Shown in pieces: positions 11,810 to 24,600 of a stretch of DNA of 47,862 nt. A model generated the notes under the pieces. It saw only the letters and a list, made by a program, of their open reading frames with translations, was not told the origin of the DNA and made no database searches. The position numbers were made by a program, and so were the translations under genes. Each line of letters opens with the position of its first letter. Positions within the stretch are counted from its first letter, which is position 1. The DNA lies in assembly GCF_001194135.2 (NCBI RefSeq), contig NC_068985.1, forward strand, positions 108,058,595 through 108,106,456, written 5' to 3'. Source of the stretch: Octopus bimaculoides (taxonomy: Eukaryota).

Positions 11810-12110
11810 CATCATCATTATCGTTCGTTTAACGTCCGCTTTCCATGCTGGCATGGGTTGGACGATTTGACTGAAGACTGGCGAACCAGATGGCTGCACC
11901 AGGCTCCAATCTGATCTGGAAGAGTTTCTAGAGTTGGATGCCCTTCCTAACGCCAACCACTCCGAGAGTGTAGTGGGTGCTTTTACGTGCCACCGGCACG
12001 AGGACCAGTCAGGCGGTACTGGCAACGGCCACGCTGAGATCGTGTTTTTTACATGCCACCTGCACAGGAGCCAGTCCAGCGGCACTGGCAATGACCTCGC
12101 TCGAGTAATA
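11810..12110 (-). mobile_element. SINE family C (RTE-type 3' end, (ATG)n tail)
   Basis: ggaagggcatcca...ccaacccatgccagcatggaaagcggacgttaaacga; similar copies at 26270, 26820, 30385, 43735 and 46260. Confidence 0.85.
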
Positions 12111-12388
12111 TAAAATGCTGAAATTTTCTTCATTTTTTACATTTATTCAAATTTCAGTTCCTGAAGTAATGATAGATATTCTATAATATGTACAATAGTA
12201 ATTTGAATAAGCCCTTTAAAATATTATATTACTCTATGGATTGGTTACAATGTGAACTGATTAACTAACGGTGTAAAATTGTTTTTCCATAATTCACATT
12301 TTTTCCATATTGAGTTTCTAAGTTATGTTTAATTGTTTATGTCTTAAATTATTTTGATGCATCGCTATATTGAAATCATATACACTTT

Positions 12389-12389
<1 letters not shown>

Positions 12390-12432
<43 letters not shown>
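12390..12432 (+). repeat. (TATC)n microsatellite abutting a gap
   Basis: Seen directly. Confidence 0.9.
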
Positions 12433-13228
12433 NNNNNNNNNNNNNNNNNNNNNNNNNNNNNNNNNNNNNNNNNNNNNNNNNNNNNNNNNNNNNNNNNNNN
12501 NNNNNNNNNNNNNACGTCCATGTGTGTGTGTATGTATACATATATACAAACAAGTAGTATAAAATATGGATTCAGAGAATCATGTGGCTAACACAGTAAG
12601 CTGCCCATTTAAAATTGGCTATCAGTCAACATAGTAATCAATTACAATGTTGTTTAAAGCAATGAATCCCTGTAACTGAAAAAAAAAAAATAAGAAACGA
12701 CCGATAAATACTTCAGTGAGAAGCAAATAAAGCATGAAATCAGGAGGTGTGTTAGGTGAAAATCGATTAATTTTTCCATATGACTTCCATATGATTGCAA
12801 CTACTTTGTAACCTTTTCCATGCAGTATTAATTTCAGTATATTATAAGTGTATGTATGCATCAATATGTATGCTCAGCCTTATACAATAGAATGTTATAT
12901 TCACAAATTAATGCAAATAAAGGAAGCTGACTCATCAGATCACTGTAACATCATGGTAACATCTATGATTCAACACTTGTATATACGATTCAACTGCTCT
13001 AAGATGGTTGTGAAAAAATGATTCAGTCTCCGTGGCAGATGAAGTGTAGCAATAAAGAAACATATGCGTCCTACAATCTGAAGATGTTATTTATAGCTCC
13101 ATGTTGTGTTTTGACACATATTGTCTGTTGTTGACCCAAAGACTATTTCTGTAGCAAAAGGTTTTCATACATCTGTGCAAACAAGTGTGTTCAATATGGT
13201 TGAACTTAAATATAAACACACACAGATT

Positions 13229-13230
<2 letters not shown>

Positions 13231-13269
<39 letters not shown>

Positions 13270-13314
13270 NNNNNNNNNNGACAGATGGATAGGTAGACAG
13301 ACAGACAGACAGAC

Positions 13315-13371
<57 letters not shown>

Positions 13372-13372
13372 T
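13231..13372 (+). repeat. Compound (GA)n/(GACA)n/(GATA)n microsatellite
   Basis: Seen directly; 10-N gap inside. Confidence 0.9.
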
Positions 13373-13869
13373 AAAGAGATAGACAAAGACATTGCAGGCT
13401 GCATTCTGGCAACAAATGCTCGGGCAAAGTGTTGAACTCGAATTCTGGGAAGTGGAATAAAGGGAGTGGGAGATATTCATCTATGTTAGGTAACCTGGGT
13501 AGAAACACTATGCTGCTAGCTATTCAGAGAATCAGAATGATTGTAGTGTTGGTAGAAAAGACGAAGGAAAAAACATCACATCCATAAACCAAAGCTTGAA
13601 CGGTTGAACTACTGATGCAACCATGATATTCTGATTGTCTGATGAACTAATTTCCTTTATTTGCATTAATTCTGGATTATACAATTGTATTGTATAATGC
13701 TAAGAACACAGGTTAATGTAAACATGTACATAAAGTTTCTTGTATACTAAAATTAATACTACTTGAAGAAGGTTATGAAACGGCTGTAACCCTATTGAAG
13801 TCACATGGTGAAATAATCTATATTTACCTATATATATATATATATGTGTGTGTGCGTGTTTGCGTGTGG

Positions 13870-14775
13870 TTTCTCATTGTGTTTAACGTTTTTTTATGTC
13901 CTGTACCCATATATGCATGTATGTATACTTATAGATGTAGGTATGTACATATATGTATAGATATATGCATATATTTATAAATTATCTATATTATTATTAT
14001 ATGATCGAACGCCACGCATCCTTTTCCAAGTAATTTTTATCTTAATAATTACAATGCGCACTCTACTAGTATTACTATCACTTCCCTGTCTATCTCTCTC
14101 CCTCTCTTGTTCTTCATCCTTTCTGTTTTTCTCTCCCACCCTTTCCCTATTCTTCTCTCCCTTTCACCGTTCCCTCTCTCTCTCTCACTCTTCCTCCTTG
14201 ACCCTCTCGTCGCTGACACGTGACGAAAGGGATTCTCTCTTTCTATCCGCTGCCTTCCTATAGAAAAGACGTGTTTTTTCTGTCTCTTCACGTCTAACTA
14301 GCGTTCATAATAATTTTTCTATCATCTTGGCTTAACAGCCCTTACCGTTTGTTCTTACTGCCTTGTTCTCACTGTCTTGCTTTTACTGCTTTTATTGTTT
14401 TTACTGTCTTGTTCTCACTGTCCTATTCTTGTTAACACTTTCACCCTCCGCAAAAAATTCGAAATTTTATTTAATTTGCTTTGCGGGAAGGACTGTTCCA
14501 ACGAAGTCGTGTATTGTCTTTGCCTTCGAAATGCGGAGTAGATGGAACAGGGACAACTGACGAAGGGGTATACTCTTTATGTTGCATGTCTCGTTTCTCT
14601 GTTTGTTTTTTTCGTTGTTCGAAAAAAGTTCGTTTTCTGTTTTCGTCTTCATGTTTTCGTTTCTCATTGTGTTTAACGTTTTTTGTGATGTCCTGTACCC
14701 ATATATGCATGTATGTATACATATAGATGTTAGTATGTACATATATGTATGGATATATGCATATATTTATATATC
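13870..14775. mobile_element. Repeat remnant with a ~110-bp direct repeat, possibly Penelope-like
   Basis: tttctcattgtgtttaacgttttt...atatatgcatatatttata occurs at ~13871 and ~14660, flanking a CT-rich block. Confidence 0.4.
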
Positions 14776-15414
14776 ATTTATATTATATATATGTATGCAT
14801 ATATGCATGTGTTTGTATGTGTGTGTGTGTGTGTGTGTGTAAAGTTGTCATGAAAGATCATCTGGGAATGTGAGGCTTAACATTGAAGTGACTTTTGAGA
14901 GTTTTAGCAGTGTGTTGTCTCCATGTACATGTAGAAAAGAGAAGAAAAAGTCTAATTCCTCGTTATGTATGGCTAATGTACTTTGGTACTGTTGTAAAAA
15001 ATAAGTGTTGTATCCACTTTGAAAGATTGTCTTTGATCACGAAATTAATGCCTTCCCAGTAAGTGATGTTGAGGACTACGTGTACACAATACTTGACACT
15101 CTTGCTGCAGGTTAAGAAGGAGGAAGGAATGGAATCATTTGTATAGAAGTGTGTGCTCTTAAAAGCTGTAATACTGAAAAGCATGTAGTAGACTTTATCA
15201 AATCTAGAGAGTGACTGGGATACTCTGAAATAGAATGGTTTATCTGGAAGATTTTTAATCTAAATGTTGGTGGGAAACTTAATGTGTTGCTTGGTTTAAT
15301 TCTACCACATACACCTTGGTGCCTTTTGTAGAGTCTACTACTCTGTTGCAAACATACGAGTCAGATTTTCACTTTGGGAATACCTCCCTCTCTCCGTCCC
15401 TCCAACCTTCATCA

Positions 15415-15560
15415 CTTCCTTCCTTCCTTCCTTCCTTTCGTTCGTTCGTTCGTTCGTTCCTTTCGTTCGTTCGTTCGTTCGTTCGTTCGTTCCTTTCGTT
15501 CGTTCGTTCGTTCCTTTCGTTCGTTCGTTCGTTCGTTCGTTCGTTCGTTCGTTCCTTCCT
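15415..15560 (+). repeat. (TTCC)n/(TTCG)n microsatellite
   Basis: Seen directly. Confidence 0.9.
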
Positions 15561-16011
15561 TTCATCCTCTTGGGTCTCGGCATCCAATGGTTGGCACATT
15601 TTATTTTTGTGACGTCACATGGTTCTGTGGTTAGAGCACTGGGCTCACAATCATGAAGCAGTGAGTTCAATTCCTGGACAGGGCTGTGTGCTGCATTATT
15701 GAGCAAGACACTCTATTTCCCTCAATTGTAGAAATGAGTTGCGATGTCACTGGTGCCAAGCTGTATTAGCCTTTGCCTTGAGACATGTAATTTATTTTAA
15801 GGGTTATGCAAGGGTAAAAAGGTTGAGAAACACTGCTTTACTGTCATAGAAAGAGGAAGGACATACTACATTATGGTAGTCCTAGATAACTCTAAAGCTG
15901 TGGGGCATTCAGCAGACTATGCAACAGCTTGCCTCGTTACTATGGAAACAGGTACCAATATGTCTGTGGCTTTTGATTAGTTAGAATTACCCCAAATTTG
16001 CAAACTTTAAC

Positions 16012-16402
16012 ACTTTTACTTGTTTCAGTCATTTGACTGCGGCCATGCTGGAGCACCGCCTTTAGTCGAGCAAATCGACCCCAGGACTTATTCTTTGTAA
16101 GCCTAGTACTTATTCTATCGGTCTCTTTTGCTAAACCGCTAAGTTACGGGGGACGTAAACACACCAGCATCGGTTGTCAAGTGATGCTGCGGGGACAAAC
16201 ACACAAACATATACAAACACATACATATATATACATATATACGACAGGCTTCTTTCAGTTTCTGTCTACCAAATCCACTCACAAGGCTTTGGTCGGCCTG
16301 AGGCTATAGTGAAAGACACTTGCCCAAGGTGCTACGCAGTGGGACTGAACCCAGAACCATATGGTTGGTAAACAAGCTACTTACCACACAGCCACTCCTG
16401 CC
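16012..16402 (-). mobile_element. SINE family A, full-length copy
   Basis: Reverse complement of the 6720-7100 copy. Confidence 0.9.
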
Positions 16403-16764
16403 AACCTTTTAATTATAAATCTAAGGCAACAATGAATTTCATTTCCATAATCAGTATACACCAAATTTGAAATCATTTGGAACAAAATTAAAGGAATTGA
16501 AACGTGAAAGCCAAACAAAAAAGATCCAACATTGCTATAAGACTTGAAATAGTTTGCCTTTATTTTACACCAAGGATCAGCAAACTTCTAAGATCATTGA
16601 CACGTTCATAGAATTGTTGATAATTTATCATCTCCCATCATGTAAATCTCTCAAGTGAAATTAGAAATTATAATTCATAAAAAGATTTCTTGATTTGAAA
16701 ACAGTAGTTCCTTTGTTCTTTTGTCTCACTACTTTTTCATAAAAAACATCTAAAGTAACAAATT

Positions 16765-17775
16765 AGCTGGTTAGAAAATCTCTACAAGAGATGAGAGCAG
16801 TAACTATACCGAAGAGTAATGTCTATTACCATTTAAAAAATAGCTGTTCCAAAGGAACTGATGTTACTGCTGTTTTTAACCCGAGGAGGACACCTCCATC
16901 TGCTTATTTAATGCAATCTGTACCCGATATAACCATGATACCACCCGACTGTATGGCTTCAACCATTTTTGTTCTTATTCACAGTGGTGGATACTTGTCC
17001 GCTAAACAGCAATAGTTCACTCCAGCTCACAATATATAGAAGCCCAAGTGACACACAATCACTGATCTTGTAGTGCTTGCAATATATGTCAGGTATATAT
17101 ATCTCCTATAGAGGTTTTCTTACTAGCTAATTTGTTTATTGTAAGATTAGTGACTATGTGTTGCTTGGTTTTCTATATATCGCAAACTGGAGTGAATTAC
17201 TGCTGTCTCCAACAGGTGACTATCCATCACCGAGGATGAGCATAATGAGGTCAAAACCATACAGTCTGGTAGTCTCATGGCTGGAAGACAGTAGGGGTTC
17301 ACTCCCTTGCTTGCAATATACATTTGGTGCAGATTGCATTGAATAACCAGCTGGAGGAGGCATCTTACTATAGTTAAAAATAGTAGTAACATTGGTTGTT
17401 ATGGAACAGCCATGTTTAAGTAGCATTAAACATTACTTCTCTGTATAGTTACTGCATTAATCTCTTATAGCGATCTTCTAACTAGCTAATTTGTTTGTTG
17501 CAAGATCAGTGACTGTGTGTCACTTGGTTTTCTATATATTGTGAGCTGGAGTGAATTACTGCTATTTCCAGTGAGTGAGTATGACCACAAAGAAGTTGAA
17601 ACTGTACAGACTGGTGGTCTCATGGCTGGAAGGTTGCAGGGTTTCACCCCCCTGCTTGCAATATACATCAGGTGCAAATTGCATCGAATAACCAGCAGGA
17701 GGAAGTGTTCTCCTTGGGCTAAAAGTAGCAGTGTTGGTTCTTACGGAACAATCATGTTTAAGTGGCAATAGACAC
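16765..17775. repeat. Cluster of the 359-bp family: one inverted unit plus ~1.8 direct units
   Basis: ctagctaatttgttt recurs at 17123 and 17482 (period 359); 16765-17075 is the reverse complement of a unit. Confidence 0.8.
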
Positions 17776-17849
17776 TTATTTAAAGAAGTTTAATGAAATT
17801 GAGAATGAACAATATATTTATAATAATTCCAACTGATAAAGAACAATTA

Positions 17850-18700
17850 CACTGATAATAATTCAGCACCCTTGATACTCAGAATTGTCTGATATTTGAC
17901 TCCTTGGATATCCACATAGACCTTACTCCAGGAGTCAATGTTGACCACTTTCTCATTTCTTGTTTCATACAGCTTAAAATTATTACCAAATATGATGGCA
18001 TTAATATGATATGCATCATTAACAAAAATTATGAAATGGAATGGACATCCATAATGAATATCGTTTGTGGCTTTTGATGATCTTCTTTGAAGGCCCACTG
18101 CTTTAAATTGGCTACACAGTCCTTTATTCAATTTATTTATTCCTTACTGTGTAGGAACCAGCATGTCAAAGAAGAGACCCAATGTTTCCTCTGCATGTTG
18201 TAAAAGGTGATTTGAAGTGGTTGAGGTACGATTTGCACTCCAGCCTTGTGAAACTCTCACCAGCAATGACTACACAAACCCATGGGTTGTTATCTGAGTG
18301 ATACAAATGTTTCATCCGCCAAAAGTAGAAAAATCACCAAAAAAAAAAAAGTGGAGGTGAAAGGAAGTGATATGATCTCTCCACCTAACTGCCGACATGC
18401 CATAGACAATTTTTCTTAAGTACGTGCTCAAGGACTGATATTTTGGCTAGTTTTCAATATATTAATTGTAACAATTCTTGTGTCAAATGTACTTATGCTA
18501 ATTTGGTTCCATAGTCTACAATACTTAGTCTTTCATCTATAATACAGCTGCATTAGGCACAGGGCAATTTTTTTCTGCACTTAAGAATTGAAAAGCATGA
18601 CTTCTATACTGGTTAATACGAACATTTTGAATTTCTTCAAGTTTTCTCCCCTTTCTTTTAAGGGTCACTATTAGTTGCCACTAGCTTAGAGGGAAATTTC
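17850..18700 (-). mobile_element. Possible highly decayed CR1/L2-like LINE endonuclease region
   Basis: Broken frames give WVCVVIAGESFTRLECKSYLNHFKSPFTTCRGNI, resembling the IAGDFN...TRG segment of AP endonucleases. Confidence 0.25.
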
Positions 18701-18889
18701 AATTGCAGTTTTCGTTTATTTTTCTTTTTTCTTCTTGTGAGATATTCATGCCATCACACCGTAACTTACTTATTCAAGTTCACATTCTTAAGTCAGTATT
18801 TCCCTTAGCACAATTTATTGCTTTTCTTCAATTGTGCAATACATACTGTCACAAGATTTATTCATAACCCTTTTCTTCTTCGTTTATTC

Positions 18890-19262
18890 TTTTACTTGTT
18901 TCAGTCATTTGGTTGTGGTCATGCTGGGGCACCACTGTTAAAGCTTTTGATTGAACAAATTGGCCCTGGTATTTATTTCCAAAGTCTGGTATTATTTGAA
19001 TAGTGTCTTTATACCAAACCACTGAGTTATGGGAACAAACAAGCAAACACAAGTTGTCAAGTGGTTGCAGGTGCATTACACACACACACACACACACAAA
19101 AGTGTGTATCCATGACAGGCTTCCACAGTGTCTACCTACCAAATTCATTCACCAGGCATTGGTTAGTCTGAGGCTGTAACAGAAGATATGTATTGAGGAT
19201 GCCACAAAATTGCACTGAACTCAAAACCACATGGTAGCAAAGCAAACTTCTTAACCAGAGTC
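18890..19262 (-). mobile_element. SINE family A, diverged copy
   Basis: tttacttgtttcagtcatttgg...accacatggtagcaaagcaaacttc. Confidence 0.75.
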
Positions 19263-19354
19263 ACATTTCCACCAAATTGTTGTAAATATATCCACAGTTG
19301 TTCCCCTTGCCTTCAAACAATGATCAGCTTTTCCCTTAAGTACATAAACTAACT

Positions 19355-19536
19355 TTAACCCTTTAGCATTTAAACTAGCCATATCTGACCCAAATATTCC
19401 TTACAATGCCATTCTAAAATTAAACAACTACATCATCAAAATCTCAAAGCTACTAGGTAATGCATTATTAATTCAAAACAGTGTGAATAAGCAAGCATTA
19501 CATTTGACAAAATAATCAGAATGCTAAAGGGGTTAA
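19355..19536. mobile_element. TTAA-flanked (piggyBac-like) MITE
   Basis: TTAA-ccctttagcatt...aatgctaaagggg-TTAA; related copies at ~42000-42230, 44110-44333 and 46528-46748. Confidence 0.75.
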
Positions 19537-20524
19537 GAAATTAATTCTTAATTTTTTAAAATTATCTCCCTTCTTTTGAGGCTCACCAACAATTACTGCT
19601 GGGTATTTGTTAGCCTTCTCTCTAAGACTGAAATTACATTGAATTAAGAATTTTTGTCAACATACAGCATCCAGTACATTAGTATTTAACCTTGTCAAAC
19701 TTGACACCATTAAGCTTATTTATACTACCACCATGCACACATTAAATTCTTTAAGTCTCACTTTCTAAATAGAACAATATAATATCTGCCGAAAAATACT
19801 TCGCTGAAATACAACTTAACAAGTGAATCAATTTTTTGGTCATTTAAACTGTGAAAGAGCTTAGTAAAGCAGCTTCTACATCATGAAAGCTGTTTCAATT
19901 ACTCTTGAGATTCCTGCTATGTGACCCAAGTCAACCGCAGATGTAGTGGGCTGAACAAGATGCTCTCCGCAGGTTCAAAGACTCCATGCCTTTGCCTAGT
20001 GGAAGGCTATACTGTTCACTCCAGTAAAGAATCATGGATATAGCCCTTCCAGACTGAGCAGTAAAATAAATAAAAGGATTTGCCTTACAAATAATAAATA
20101 TGATTTGAGTCCTGTTCTATATTTTAGAAATCTGATTCCCTTCAGTAAAACTGTTGTTTGATGCTTATATCTAAGAGCAATTTTTATTTTGTTAAGAATA
20201 GATCTTATACACACACACACACAATCATGTTTGTTTTCAGATGGCTTCTAAGTGTACTTCAGTCCTTTTGCTTACCATATTTCTGTTTAAAATATATTAC
20301 CTTTGTTTCAATTAATTTTGAGAAAAATAATTAGGAATTTAATAAGATGACACTGTCATTTATCCCTTGATGTTTAGAGCATAAATTAATATGAAATTTT
20401 AATGGAAGAATTAATTTAGAAAGTTTGTACCATAGAATCATATGTGATTAATAGTTTATATCTTTAAATTTTGACTCTTATCCTGGCTTCACATTTCCCT
20501 AGAGATTATGCTTGACAATCAAGA

Positions 20525-20875
20525 GATCATCACCAGATGTGTTTGAGGACTATGGTTGGTGTGACACAGATGGACAGGATGAGGAATGAGGAGGCACAAA
20601 GGAGAGCTGGAATGAGAGAAAATCTATGTACCAGAATGGCTAGATGAGTGTCGAGGTGGTTTGGCCACATGGAGAGGATGGGTGAGGAGCTGATGGTAAG
20701 GAGAGTGATGAAGGCAGAAGTGGTAGGTAGCAGAACCAGAGGCAGACCTCAGTTTGTGTGGATGGATGGAGTGAGGAAAGCTTTGGTGGTTAGTGTTGGA
20801 GTGAGAGAGGCAAGAGAGTTTGTTAATAAGATTGGAGAGTGTTTGTGAAGGGATGAGTGAATTGATGTTGCTCAA
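20525..20875 (+). mobile_element. RTE-like LINE 3' fragment
   Basis: CLRTMVGVT.MDRMRNEE...RWFGHMERMGEELMVRRVMKAEVVGSRTRGRPQFVWMDGV. Confidence 0.75.
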
Positions 20876-21142
20876 AAGGGTAAGGTACCAGCATGATGCG
20901 ATAGGGGAAACCAGCATATACTGTCGGGCCCCACTGCTGATATGCGGGGTTGCCTTCTATGCCTTGACCCAAGCATAGGACGGGGTTCACCTCTGAGCTG
21001 GGAAATGAATGAAATGCTTAGTGTGTGTTTTGTTGTGGCTACCCCCACCTAAGGGAAATAGGCTTTGGTAAATAAATATAAAAATGATTAAAAAATACTT
21101 TTAAAAAATTTTAAAAAATCTCCAAAGTATTTCAAATGTCAC

Positions 21143-21148
21143 TTTATT
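21143..21148 (-). promoter_or_regulatory. Candidate polyadenylation signal AATAAA for the gelsolin-like gene
   Basis: AATAAA on the minus strand about 440 nt past the stop codon. The context is AT-rich, so a chance match is possible. Confidence 0.3.
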
Positions 21149-21590
21149 TCATTATTAAAAGAAACATTTAATTGTCATTTTACAGTGTAATGGAAATATA
21201 TTAACATTATTGGTATTACAAAGAGCTGAGAAAAGGTTTTAGTTATGCTTATAAAGTAGTAGTAAAAAAAAAAAAAAATTAACAAACACTAACTTGTATT
21301 CAGTTGTCTATTATATTTAAGGCAAGGTGTATGTCGTTGAAAGTGTAATATCTGTATTGTATAACACAGAATGCATTTTAATAAATTGCTTGAAGTTGAT
21401 TATTTATATTTGAAAAGGTGGTAGGAATACTGAAGTGCTGGTTTAGATGTAGTTTGTTTATTGCTTATATATTTTGGTTAGTAAGTAATTAAGGTAACAT
21501 GATTAGCTACTAGAAGTAAATATTGTAATTCAAGATTGAACGTTATACAAAAGAAAAAGATTAAGAGTGAAAGACGGGATACAGTGGTGC

Positions 21591-21686
21591 TTAAGCACAA
21601 AGTGCAATCTCAAGAGCGGAACACTTAAGTCCTTCCTTGGTTACTGTTATTGGACATTGAGGATTACCAGCATCATTCAAGAATGT
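21591..21686 (-). CDS. Gelsolin-like exon 13, last coding exon ([31 protein letters not shown])
   Basis: Long pyrimidine tract plus ttttcag acceptor; P-I-T-V-x-K-E-G end motif; TAA stop at 21593-21591. Confidence 0.9.
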   Translation of the reverse strand, partial: TFLNDAGNPQCPITVTKEGLKCSALEIALCA

Positions 21687-24600
21687 CTGAAAATAAAGAG
21701 TAGAAAATTGAATTGGAAAAAGATTTGAAAGAGAAATGGAAAAGATTAGAAAGAGAATCATCAGCGTCAGTTTTATGTCTAATTTCCCATTCCTACATGC
21801 TTAATTTTTCTCTGCTTCCATTGCTAACATTACTCAGAGCAGCTCTGAATGTGGTATGCAAGGCTCTCACAAGCCATACAAACTTTGAAAAATAGTAGCA
21901 TGTCAAGTACCTTTAAAGCAATGGGTATTAGGCATAGGTCTTCGTTCAAACTTCTCCTGTAATTGTTTCATTAAGAAAGGGGCTTCAGTGTTTCAACAGT
22001 CAAGCACAAACCCTAAATTTTCATCTACACTAGTTCTGCAATGTATCTTCTCATTTCAGAGAAAGAAAAGCAGCAAAACGAAGGAAATATCTTCATTTAT
22101 ATAGAAGATCAAAAATAAAATCACAGATGCAAAAAAGAAATGAACATGCAATACAGCGAGAAAAGTATTAAAAATAACTGTTAACAGATATGAATTTGAG
22201 TAACTGTTATTATAATTTACTTTGAAGTATCAATGAATTAAGTTTAGCTTTAATCTCCCTATTCTCATAAACACCAAGTAGCTATTTGATTTGCTCTGGG
22301 AGGTTATATCTTGGAAATCCACCGGCCCATTGGTTTCCCTTCATGGCAGAATTAATAGTCAAGACTATTTAAGTATTTTATCTGATCAAATTCATCCTAT
22401 GGTTGTAGAACTGTTTCTGAAAGAAAACAATCTTTCAGGATGATAATACACCAATTCACACGGCTAAAATTGTTACTGAATGGCACGAGGAACATGCTAG
22501 TGAAGTTGAACATCTTATCTGGGCACCACAGTCCCCAGATCTCAATATTATTGAGCATCTATGGTACATTTTAGAAAAAACAAGGAGTTGATCTCCTTCA
22601 CCATCATCACTACAAGAACTGGAGACTGTTTTAACTGAAGAATGGAGAAAAATACCTTTGGAAACAATTCAAACTTTGTATGAGTTCATACCTCATAGAA
22701 TTATGTGGTGGGGTCTTTCCACATCTTCTTGATAATATCGATTCATGTAAATGAATGTCGGTCATATAAATGGCACCATTCATTTGCAATCTTCCATGAA
22801 AATAAGCGGAGTCATGAGGGAATATTATCTTGCTTATTAAAAAAAAAAGTGAGGATTGCTGACAGGAAAGTCATCAGGCTTCAATGAATTCCATCTATTT
22901 CCATGCAAGCATGGGAAAATAGATGATAAAACGATGATAATCATGATCAATTTTGAAAATTCTGGCAAATATGAAATAAATGCATATACTTACATGAGCA
23001 TAGGGGATGCCATTCTTTTTCTCTGAAGATGAAGCAGTTTCACCAATCCAGACAATAGCACCTTTACCATTATAAACAAGGAACACATCCTACAGAAAGG
23101 GATAAATATTTAATGAATTTAGTATAAATAAATTGAATTTTTATAGCATTACAGTTTAATTGAAATGGGGAGTCCAGTCACTTAAACACCTGGTTGCTGG
23201 GTGCTTCTCTATTATTATTTTTTTAAACTTGCTGAGTCAGAAAGGGCAGTACCCATAAGCTTTGCAAGCCCTTAACAATTAGTGAACTTGATGCTGTTAA
23301 TGTTGTTTAAACTGTTGCAGGTTAACACCAGCAAAAAGTACATGAGCAGGACATTATCCAAAGGGATAATTTCCTGGGGAGAAAGGACTGAATATAGTGG
23401 TTAGTGCAAGGCCCTAGAGGCAACAAGGGTGACAAGAGGTCAAGTGATGAGTTGGTTGGGATTCCTGCAAGGAGGAGGTATGAGATCAGCCAACTCTGAG
23501 GAACAGAATACTATTGTAACAACAGAAAAGACTGAGAGAGGAGGCAAGTACACCTATGGGCCAGAGGTTGGAGCATATCTGATAGTGATTGAATATCAAT
23601 CTGTTGAGTGGCCCTCCTCTGAATGTGGTCCACGATGTTGGCATGTGCAGTAACAGCACCATCCTTGACATGGGAGCAGTACTCCATTGTGGGCCTGACA
23701 GCAGAGAGACAGAGTTGCACCAGCATGCAGCTAGTACTCATTTACAACTGAGTAGAAATGAAGTAAAGTGAAATAATGTGCTTTATATTCAAGGACACAT
23801 GCCATCCAATCCACTAATTGAACTCATGATCTCATGATCATAAACTGAATACCTTAACCATGGCTAGTTTATATATTGTTATTATTATTAGTAATATTGA
23901 AACAAGACATACAAGAAAATTTAATGTCCTATATTACTGGATGGATATATAGCATCTAACTCAAATAATACTACTAATCATATTTCTACAAGTTATTTGA
24001 AGTGGTTATTGTATTGTTGACTACTTGACATACATATACAATGTAGCAAAAAGTGGTCGAGTATTGTAATTGTATTCAGTTTACTAGACACACACACACA
24101 CACACACACACAAATATATATATTTAAATGAAATAACTTTTATTGGAATATGACATGTATATATAATGATACATTTATAATACAAAACAACATTAAAGAT
24201 ATAAATCTGAAACTATGAGAAAAATATGGAAAAAGAGGAACAAGAAAAAAAAGAAAAAAAGTGAAATAACAGAAAAGCCAAAAATAAAACGTGAAAGATA
24301 AACTAGTCACACAGCACAAAGTTCAATGGAACCCACTGGAACAAGCTAGTGTGCTCATGGCATTACCACAGGTAATGGTGAAGCTAAGCCGTTGGAACAG
24401 CCAAGCATCCTCATGGGCATCACTGACATCACAGTAAGGCACGCCATCAACAATGATAAGAACTTCGCCGTTAGCAGCCCAACCCCATCCAGATATCTCA
24501 AATGCCAAGGCTGGAAGAAATAATTCACTGACAGAGCTCTATACTTAAGGATTTCGTTCTGTTCAGTTACAGAAGGAGTGACCCACCCATTTACTGCAGT

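Noticed and set aside
14543-14575. CTGACGA plus hairpin as a second hammerhead
   Set aside because: No GAAA follows the putative stem II.
15316-15706. ORFs with RSFV/NERT repeats (and YLSI, ERER ORFs near 13100-13500)
   Set aside because: Translations of microsatellites.
20085-20170. Exon-like segment YKHQTTVLLKGIRFLKYRTGLKSYLLF followed by gtaagg
   Set aside because: It lies downstream of the gelsolin stop, has no recognisable homology or partner exons, and is expected by chance in AT-rich DNA.
21911-21956. Exon-like segment [15 protein letters not shown] in intron 12 (cag...gtactt)
   Set aside because: It is 46 nt, so it would shift the frame; weak donor and no gelsolin similarity.
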